From: Vicugna vicugna
Lineage: Eukaryota
DNA length: 64,000 bases
NCBI GenBank assembly: GCA_013265495.1
Contig: MU058059.1
Location: forward strand, 3,573,502 to 3,637,501
Direction: 5' to 3'
Every line of letters begins with the position of its first letter. Positions within the stretch are counted from its first letter, which is position 1. The translations under genes were made by a program, and so were the position numbers. The notes below the pieces were generated by a model. The model did no database searches and had not been told where the DNA came from. It saw only the letters and a program-made list of their open reading frames with translations. Below are positions 36,193-45,426 of this stretch, piece by piece.

Positions 36193-37799
36193 GAAGCCCA
36201 TTATTACAGGTTCTGTCCAGCCATGTGACTCTCCTGGTCCCAGCACACACCCCGGCGGCCTTTGTCCATGAAGTCGGCAACATTCAACACATACCTGCAG
36301 AGGGGTCTGAAGCCCCATGGGCCATGGACACACTCCCGCCTGAGCAAGCCGGTGACACCCCCAGTTCCCCAACCCAAGCTGCCCTGCCCACACAGAATGA
36401 CATACTTACCTCCTCAGCAAAAAACATCTCGCCTGAACAGGCTGACAGCCCCAATCCCCCAGAAAAACACATCCCACCAAAAGAATGTGACATTCTCAAT
36501 TCCCCAGAAAAAAACGTCCCACCAGAAGAGGCTGGCATCCCCAACCCCCCATCCAAAACCATCCTGCCCAAGCAGGCTGACATCCTCAGTTCTTCAGAAA
36601 GAACCATCTCACCCAAGCGGAACAATAGCCCCAATTTCCCAGCAAAATTCATTTTGCCCAAGCAGGGCGACACTTCACAGTTCTCAGAAGAAACCACCCC
36701 CCTTAACCAGGCTGCCCCCACCAATTCTCCAGTCCAAACCATCCCATCCAAGCAGGCTGATATCCCCAATTCCCCAGAAAAAACCATCTCACCAGAAGAG
36801 GGTGAGATTCTCAATTCCCCAGCCAAGATCATCCCACCCAGGCAGGCTGACACCCCCAATTTCTCAGCCCAAATCATCCCACCCAAGCAGATTGACACCC
36901 CCAATTTCCCATCCAAAATCATCCCACCCAAGCAGGCGGACACCCCCAATTTCCCATCCAAAATCATCCCACCCAAGCAGGCTGACACCCCCAATTTCCC
37001 ATCCCAAATCATCCCACCCAAGCAGGCGGATACCCCCAAATTCACAGCCCAAATCATCCCACCCAAGCAGGCTGACACCCCCAATTCCCCAGCCAAAACC
37101 ATTTCACCAAAGCAGAGTAACACTCTCAATTTCCCACTCAAAACCATCCTGCCCAAGCAAGCTGACACCCACAATTCCTCCGAAAAAACCATCTCGCCCA
37201 GGCAGGGCAATAGCCCCAATTTCCCAGCAAAATTCATTCTGCCCAAGCAGGGCAACATCCCAAAGTTTTCAGCAGAAACCACCCCTGCCAAGGAGGATGA
37301 CACCCTCAAGTTCTCCAAGGAAACCATCCAACCCAAGGAGGGTGACACCCTCACGTCCTCAGAGGAAGCCACGCCGCCCAAGGAGCAGGACACCCCCAGG
37401 TCCTTAGGAGGACCCGTCCGGCCCGTAGTGAGAGACATCCTGAAGCCAGCGGAAGAAAGCGTGGAGCCCCTGGAGGCGGACCTGGTGCAAGTGATCTTGA
37501 GCAAGGAGGACTTCGAGTTGGCGCTGAAGGAAGCCGGGGAGAGGCTGGTGGCCGTGGACTTCTCTGCCGCGTGGTGTGGGTCTTGCAGGGCCATCAAGCC
37601 CTTTTTCCATTCCCTGTCTGCAAAGCACGAGGACGTGGTGTTCCTGGAAGTGGACGCCGGTGAGTGCGAGGAGCTGGTGAGAGACTGCAAGGTCATTTGC
37701 ATCCCAACCTTTCAGTTTTATAAAAGAGAAGAAAAGGTGGGCGAATTCCATGGCGCCCTTAAGGAAAAACTGGAAACCATCATCACAGAATTAAAGTGA
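36193..37799 (+). CDS. TXNDC2: Thioredoxin domain-containing protein 2 (Sptrx-1), main coding exon
   Basis: Strong polypyrimidine acceptor (ttttttcttcag|GA) and an open frame to TGA at 37797-37799. About 25 tandem 15-aa repeats, then a thioredoxin fold (~37482-37796: VAVDFSAAWCGSC..VVFLEVD..CIPTFQFYK..LKEKLETIITELK). Lies between RAB31 and VAPA. Predicted 559 aa if spliced to 35831-35903, or 491 aa from the gccATGg at 36324. Confidence 0.95.
36339..37466 (+). repeat. Coding tandem repeat, 45-bp / 15-aa unit x ~25 (consensus near PKQADTPNFPxKIIP)
   Basis: Unit starts fall at 36387+45n. The DNA motif cccaagcaggctgacacccccaattt/cccc recurs with 45-bp spacing. Confidence 0.95.
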
Positions 37800-38028
37800 T
37801 CATGTGTTCCGAAAGCACTGTACACAGCCAGCTGTTTATCAGCTTGTGATTTCTTATTTACAAGATGAGGTGTGACTAAAGTGCGGTCCAGACGCCACCT
37901 GCTTGAACGTTAGAAACATTAGCGCTGCCCTTCCCCAAGAGCAGTCAGAGCACTAACTCCCATCGTGACCGTGGAACAGCGTGACATTAGAATTTCCTTT
38001 GGTGGAGGTTGGCACTCCAATGGCCCCC

Positions 38029-38153
38029 TTTTTTTATTTTGGGGGGGTAATTAGGTTTTTAAAATTTTTTTTTAAATGGAAGTGCTGGCAATTGAACCCA
38101 GGACATTGTGCACGCTAGGCATGCACTCTACCACTGAGCTATACCCTCCCCCC
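38029..38153 (-). mobile_element. tRNA-Ala-derived SINE (vic-1-like)
   Basis: gggggggtaattaggttt..atggaagtgctggcaattgaacccaggacattgtgcacgctaggcatgcactctaccactgagctataccctccc. Confidence 0.88.
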
Positions 38154-38719
38154 ACCATTTTTAATCTTGATTTTTTTTCACTCTGTCTTGAAAATTCTGC
38201 CCATGTAGTTAGTGAACATTGGAAATTTAGACAATTCTTCTGTAGAAGTACAGGAGTTAACGAGGAATGGAAATTTCTCTCCTGATGCTCACCAATCTCT
38301 GGGATTTCTGATAAAATACGCAGGGAAGTAAGGAATCTGAAAGATGCACATATCCTATCTGACTCCTTCGTGTGTGGGAAGTGCTGTGGAGGCCCCGGGA
38401 AATTCCACGGGCTCCGCACCTCTGTCTGGGATTCGTGGGTGTCAGAGCTGAGACCAAGGCCAGGTTTCTGGATGCCACGTCCAGGCCTCTTTCTGCCAAT
38501 CTATGCTCAGAAACCTGAGGCAGCTCAAAACATCTGGTCTTCTCAGACCAAGGGCTTTGTCATTCAAGGTTAAGGCGGTGTGGTCCTTGCCGCGATTATG
38601 ACATCGGCAGCCTAGTAGCACAGTTCCTGCTTTGTTCCCCTGGCAACTGCGCCTCTGCTCCCAGATGCCTCGGAGTCCAAAGGCCCAGTTCTGGACCAAA
38701 GATGGTGGCTTGGTCAGAG

Positions 38720-39055
38720 TTTTTGTGGATGATACACACACATAACTGCACAGACTTAATGGATACAATTTGATGAGTCTGCACATAGGCATACACCTAC
38801 TTACCACAATCAAGGCAATAAACGTACCCATCACCTCCAGAAGTTTCCCTGTGTGTCCCTTTCCTCTGTGTGTGTGTGTGTTAAGAACACTTTAAATGAG
38901 ATCTGCCCGCTTAATCTTCAAGTGCACAGCACCACGTCGTCATCCACAGGCACTATATCACACAGCAGACCTCTGGAACTTACTCCGCGTAACTAAGTTC
39001 AGACCCATTGAACAACCACCCCCCCATTTCCTGTTAGCCGCCATTTTATCTTCTG
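38720..39055 (-). mobile_element. L1MA/MB-type 3' end remnant
   Basis: tacaatttgatgagtctgcacatagg..accacaatcaaggcaataaacgtacccatcacctccagaagtttcc..ttaagaacactt. Confidence 0.7.
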
Positions 39056-40929
39056 CTGGTCCAGAATGTTTTAAAGAATTTGAACTATTTGTCAACATTT
39101 CAAAAACCAGGATTCCCTTTAAAATCTTGAATTCTAGCTTTTCTGGAAAAATTGTAAAACTCTAGCAATCCAGGCGTACATGACCTCAAGAAGTCACTCT
39201 ACCCTTAGGGCCGAGGGGCCACGCCCTCCATTACACAGGGCACGGATTCTCCACCCCAATGAGGAACCTGGTCGGCTTCTTCATTTACCTGGTTGACGCA
39301 CTCTAATTTCAGCTTAATGTATTTCTTCTGACGCTGAACCATCCAGGTAAGATTGATGAGTGATTCAACCACACATGATCTGGGCTGTACTTTATATCTA
39401 ACTGTAGACACTTCAAAGACCATTTGTTCACATTAAAACCCATGGCTTACATCTGCACTGTGACTTAATTCACATTCTTCTGCTTTACAGTTCTTCAAAA
39501 TTCATGATTCTATTGATCTTGGGCCAGATTAAAAATAGGAATGATTATATCCCAGTTGCTATGGGCTCAGTTTACTTGTCTGAGCATCACTGTCCCCAGG
39601 CGAGGGCAAAGGGCACGGAGCAGCTGGGCAGGTCAGCCTGCACGCTGGCCCTGGTCCCTGGCCGTGGGATGCAGTGCAGTGCAACCCTGGGAGGGGAACC
39701 CGGCCAGAGAAGGGATCGGTGTTGCAGTTCTGAAGCCGGGGCCCAGATGTCCGTGTCACTTGCTCCTATTGCCAGTCAGCTCCAGCGCTGGGTTTCAGTC
39801 ATTTAAAGGGAGCTAGGAAGCAATGAAGAGCATCTGGAAAAAAATGGGCCATGTGTGAGTGTTTTCAAGGGTTCCAGTGTCTTTTTTTATCACATCTGCA
39901 GGGAAGGAAAACCTTCTGAGCCAGTGAGGCTAGGATAAATTAAATTTCTCAGAGCCCTTTAATTCCAAAGAAAATCCTCCTTCTGAAAAAGTAGCTCAGT
40001 AAGTCTTTTTCCTGAGTCTTCTTCCAGCCTTGATTTTATGTGGTGAAGCGTCCATCTGCCTTCTCTTGGAATCTCGATTTCTTACCGAAGTCTGACGAAT
40101 CTCCAGTAAGCACCCTCTGCATACCCGCACTTCCGTCAGCATCGCATCCCTGTGAGGTTTCCTGACCTCGTGCCTGTTTCCGTAGGTTGCCACCCTCCAC
40201 CATCCGTGTCTGTCAGGGTGCTTCGGGTGCAGTGACTGTGTTCATGCACATTTTCCCCCAGAGCCCCTGTTATTCCATCAGATGAATCGTCTCCAGTCCT
40301 TTCTTTAGAGGACCGATCAGCAGATTTCTAACACCACTGACCTCCTTCCACTCTGGGCTTCCCTGATGCCTTGCTTACTGCAGCACTCTAATAGCACAGG
40401 CAGGAAGCAGCACAACCAGGGGAATCAGGTGCTTATACAATCTGGTGAGGGGAGGTACAGAGGAGCAGACTCCAGACTCAGCTCTCCAGGAATGACTCCC
40501 AGGGCAGGACTGAGCTGCCCCACAGGGCGGCCGCCACCTCTGACGCTGCACCTCCTGCCTCTGACCCAGGGGCCCGCACTGAAGCAGGAGCCGATACTTC
40601 TGCTGACCCTGCAAAAACATACTGCCTCTGGATCCCAGGGAACTGGCGGAAGGGCGCCTTAGTGCTGCTGCAGAAAGCTTCCAGGCTCCCTGCTGCCTTG
40701 GCAGAAAACAAATGGAGGGGCAGAAAGCCGGCCCTGTGTCACTGCTCGCTTTCAGTATCACTTGAGTGTAACTCACAGATTGAATTTATTTCAAGAACAG
40801 AATCCTAGCTGCAAAGGGGCTATTTCACATCTGTCTCTCCTGCTTGAGTGTAAGCCTGTAAGGGCAGAGACCACATCTATTATTAGCTCATCACCATATC
40901 ACCTACCACACACCGGGCACGGCAGTAAC

Positions 40930-41150
40930 AACATTTAACGTTGATAAGGTAACAGTGCTGGAACCAGGCACTACTCTAAGCTCTTCCTATGCATTCACTC
41001 ATTTAATTCCTATAACACAGCTGGGATGTAGGTTTTGTTACTCCAGTTTACAAGAACAGGCACAGAGAGGTGAAGTAAGTTGCTATGACCACACAGCAGA
41101 AAATAGTATGTGAACCCAGCAGTCCAGATCCAAAGCCTGTACCCCATACA
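40930..41150 (-). mobile_element. MIR SINE remnant (an L2 3'-end remnant lies just upstream at ~40810-40925)
   Basis: ccaggcactactctaagctct..cactcatttaattcctataac..aggcacagagaggtgaagtaagttgc..gaacccagcagtccaga. Confidence 0.7.
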
Positions 41151-44100
41151 ATTTACTGCCTCAATATGTGTTGAAAATATGCTCATTTAAATGTTTGCTG
41201 AATTGGGTTACACAGAAAATTGACCATAAACAAATTCATAATTAGAGTAATTCTACTTCTAGACCAAAGGTTAACATGTTTAACTATGGAGAAGATGGTC
41301 ATACTTTACTACCATTTGTACCAGGAATTCGTGGGTTTAAAAAATTATTATTCTTTCCAAACCCATAAGAGATCATATGTGCAAAGGTGAATGTTATTAA
41401 TGATTCAAGCAGGTTGAAGTAATGTTCAAGGACTTTGTACTTCTTAGACTTATGAAAACTTCGGAGTTAGAGAAATACGCTTGAGTATTTATTTTTTTGC
41501 TAATACTTTAAGGGATCTTTATGTAGCTGCATTAATCAATGTAAAAAGAGCAATGAACATTAGGCTCTGTGTTTCTCCATTAAAATTGTTGCCTTAATCA
41601 CATTCAGGTGTCATTTTATTGTGGCTTTGGGAAGAGCGAAAATGCACAGAAGAGAAAATTGAGAATCTCCCCGCTCCCTGCCTCGCCCAGTTTAGCTCTA
41701 TTAACTGACATTAGATGCGCTCACCTGTGTTTGCATTTACATATTTAACAACAAAAGTAACACTTCCTAATTATTGTAAGGTTGTTCTGAGTATTGTGTG
41801 ATGATGATATTTGTAAAGTTCTTCAAACTATTAGAAGAAAGGTATTGATAAACACCAAAGCACAAACCACTTGAACAGTTCACAGTTTAATGAAGGGTCT
41901 GTGATTCAGGACTGTGAGGCTTTCCTAACGCAGTGTTCCAACATGGTAATAGGGGAACTATTCCCAAGATGTTGCATATATTCATAGGCTACCAGATTTG
42001 TAGATTTTAGACTCTATCTATATGGTTTTTGAAGTGATACTGCAAAGAGAAAAGCAGTTGATCCCAAAGGTGATGACTGAAATGGGCAGAGGTTTCTTGA
42101 TGATACAGACTGGGAAACCGGAATACATCCAGTTCTGGCTTCCTGCTGAACTCCTGGTGAACATACTGCCCATACTGGCAAAGTTCTCAGCATGCTGGAC
42201 CTGCTAACTGGGATTCCCACATGCTTGCTGGGAAGAGAAGTGTCCATCTAGTGGTGGAGGAGCTGATCTGGCCAGGAAAACCTGCCCATGGATAAGAGGT
42301 CTTAGGCAAGCAAAATAAACAAAAACAACTCCCCCAAACAAAAACAAAAACAAACTTTGGAGTTTGTAACAACTTTAAGGTTGTCAGTTCACAACTGGAC
42401 ATATGTGGAACCATCCTGGAAAGCAATTGTCAACCTTAATTTTTTTTTATCATTAAACCCTCTTTTGATATACATGTAATTTTTGTATTCTCCTCTAATG
42501 AGAACTGAAATTTCAAAATGATCTTGTCAGTGAAAGGGTATCAAAGGAGAGGTAAAGCTAGAATATGCTTTTAAAACTATTTAAGCACTCCCATCCTCCA
42601 AGGTTTGTCATGCCTGAAGATTCACTCCTCTCCGCAGCACAGTCTAGTGTGAGTGCTAGGCTAGCTGTTCTGGAGAGCTATTCCCAGATGGGCTCTGATA
42701 TCCGGATTGCAGTGAAAACTTGGACCTTGTGCCTACGCCTAGGCTACGATTCCATTTGTCTCATTTATTTTCTAGACAAACTGGGCTGCTCCTTTATGGC
42801 TGCAGCATCAATTTGTCCTTTGTTTCGTGGGGCTTCAAGCAGTAACATAACGACCTTAGTTCCAGCACATCCGTTTGTTTCATTTGACGCTTCTGTCCCC
42901 GATTGCCCTGGTCATCGGTTAAGAGCGGTCAGCAACTTTTCTGTTGGGATTTTCCTCCTTTGGTTCAGTTTGCTACAGGCTGCCGTTCATGATGCAGATG
43001 GAATTCATTTCCAACGCGTGAATGTGACAAGTGTTTTGGTTTGGGCTTATCATTATCAATCAAAACTGAAGAACAGGCTACAGCAACAGAGGCCGTAGAT
43101 TTAGATTTTTATTTCTAGCTTGATAGGTGTGCCTCGTCAGCTTCCCAATGACGCGTCTCCTTAAAGGAGGTGTGTTTCCTCCTCGGCTTTTGCATCACTG
43201 GAGGATTCCGGGAGCAGGAGAGCTTGGGCAGGAAAACGGCAGAGAATTTAGCGTGGCTACCGACGGAGGGATGGATAGAATCTGCGAGCAAACCGACAAA
43301 TCCCGGCCTGTTTTCAGCAGAACATGTATTTCTAACCGGGTGAACCTCGGGTCAGTCTCCAAAAGTTCTTGTTTTTCTTCTTTAGCGCAGATGAGACCCT
43401 CTCTGAGAACCAAAACGAGTGTTGGCGCTTCCAACCCGGTTCGCCTCCAACCGACCCTGCTCCTTCCCGCCCACCCACAGGCGCTACTACAACTCCCAGC
43501 AAGCACCGCGCAGCATCCCAGGGGGCCTAGGCCCGGGCGGAGGCCCGCCCCGCGCGGAGCATGCTGGTAGTTGTAGTCAGCGAGCCTGACTGCCCCTCCT
43601 TCAGCTATTAGGCATTCCCACTCGGGAGACGGCGATGCGCTGCTATAGCGGGTTCTCCGGTTTCGTAACGCAGCGAAACGTGATCGAGGATTGCGCCCTC
43701 CTGCCCTGCGGTGCGCGCCGCGTCGGTGCTCGGGCGCCGAGCTCCGCCCCGTCCACACCCGCTCCCTTGACAGCTGGATCGGACTTCGGGTGCGGCGAGG
43801 CCGGGGGCGCGCAGGCGCAGCAGCCCGTGCCGCGGGGGTTTGGCGTGAGGGGCGGGAGGCGCGCGGGTGCTCCCGGCCGCCGGGGCGCGCACGTAGGCAC
43901 GCAGCGGCGTCACGTGGGGCGCCGAGGATCGCAGTGCGCGTGGCCGCGGCGGCTGGTGTGGGGTTGAGTCAGTTGTGAGACCCGGAGCTGCAGAGCGGCG
44001 GGCGGCCCACCGAGCCGCCGACGGAGCGGCGGGCGTCGGGTTCGGGAGCCGAGCGTGGCCCCGTGTCGAGCCGGGCCGAGCCGCGCCGCCGCCGCCCCCC

Positions 44101-44157
44101 GCCCGCAGCTAGCGAGCCGCCGCCGCGGGCGCGCCCCCGCTCTGCGCTGTCTGTCCG

Positions 44158-44236
44158 ATGGCGTCCGCCTCCGGGGCCATGGCGAAGCACGAGCAGATCC
44201 TGGTCCTCGACCCGCCCACAGACCTCAAATTCAAAG
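44158..44236 (+). CDS. VAPA: VAPA exon 1 CDS (79 bp): [26 protein letters not shown](G)
   Basis: Matches the VAP-A N-terminus; donor AAAG|gtgggc, phase 1. Confidence 0.97.
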
Positions 44237-44303
44237 GTGGGCAGGCGGCGGCCGGCCCGGGAGGAGCGGGCGGGCGTGCGGGCGGCGGGGGGTGGCGGCC
44301 GCG

Positions 44304-44407
44304 NNNNNNNNNNNNNNNNNNNNNNNNNNNNNNNNNNNNNNNNNNNNNNNNNNNNNNNNNNNNNNNNNNNNNNNNNNNNNNNNNNNNNNNNNNNNNNNNN
44401 NNNNNNN
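44304..44407. other. Assembly gap (104 N)
   Basis: Run of N inside the extremely GC-rich start of VAPA intron 1. Confidence 1.
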
Positions 44408-45402
44408 GGGGGCAGGAGGCCCGGCCCGCCACCCTCAGGTGCGCGCGGCGCGGCCGGGGGTTGGCGGGGCCCCAGGTGTGGACCGCGGGCTCTGCGTCAG
44501 CGGCCGGGGGAGGTGACACCTGCGCGTGTCCCCGCGGCGCCGGGCTCGGCCCTCTGGCAGCGCCTGACGGCGGCCGGGCGCCCCGGGCTGCGAGGCCCGA
44601 GAGGGGGCCGCGGGGCCCCGTGCAGGGTCCTCAGGCCGTGCGGAGAACGCGGGCCCCTGCGCTCTCCGGTCGCCTGGACCGCGTACCCCTTTGGGGACAT
44701 GCGATATCTTGCACTTGAAGTCTTAGGAGCTACGACGGGAACAATTTTGGGGAAATTTGAGTCGCACCAGTGCTGAAAAAAAAAATTCCTTTCTGTGTAA
44801 GATTAACTCCGAAAGAAAAACAATGAGGTGGTTTTCCATAGCAAACGTTTCAAGTAGTTTTAGGAATTTTAAAATACTGAATTCTGGCCTTAGGAGAGTA
44901 TGTCGTGTAATTCCTTTATTTTGCAAGCTCTTTAGTGCATTTGCAAATTTCTTTGAATGAAGGTGTAACTGAGCTGCTTCTTAGGTGAAGTTTTGGTTTT
45001 AAGACAGCGCTACGAAATATTTTGAGAGGCATTAAGTGCATTTTATCCTGGCAAGTTTAGGTGCGTGGCATGTTTACATAGTTTTAGCTGAAAGAAAAAC
45101 AAACCTTTGGGGAATCATGAAATTACCTAACTCAAATAACTATTACCTTAGGATGGAGGAATTCAATGTAAACCTTTATGATGTGTGTTCTTTCGATAAT
45201 TTAAGTATTTTGCTTTTATTTTTTGGACGCTGAGTTTACAGAGGAAATTTCCTCTTCTGGGTAACCTGCGCGTATTGCCATGAGGATCTTAAGACACTTT
45301 AGCACTAGTTTTAGGTCAGGAAATGTTAACAGTTTGAAGCTTTCTCCTTAGAGAAGTAATGTTTCCATCCTGAGAGAATAATAACAGAGGAGCAGATTAA
45401 AA

Positions 45403-45426
45403 ACACACACACACACACACACACAC
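45403..45426. repeat. (AC)12 microsatellite
   Basis: Direct reading of the sequence. Confidence 0.9.

Larger units (their letters stand above)
43480..44700 (+). promoter_or_regulatory. VAPA: VAPA CpG-island promoter, 5' UTR and start of intron 1
   Basis: Very dense CpG/GC around exon 1. GC boxes, an NRF1-like GCGCAGGCGCA (43809-43819), E-box CACGTG (43911-43916), AP-1 TGAGTCA (43965-43971) and two ACTACAA-type motifs (43486-43500; 43559-43578, reverse strand). Confidence 0.9.

Noticed and set aside
42565..43098. 177-aa ORF upstream of the VAPA promoter
   Set aside because: No similarity to any protein I recognise, no exon signals, and no retrocopy hallmarks such as a poly(A) tail or target-site duplications.
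43195..44776. Several long ORFs across the VAPA CpG island
   Set aside because: Stop codons are rare in extreme GC sequence, and some of these ORFs run through the N gap. Only 44158-44236 is supported as coding.
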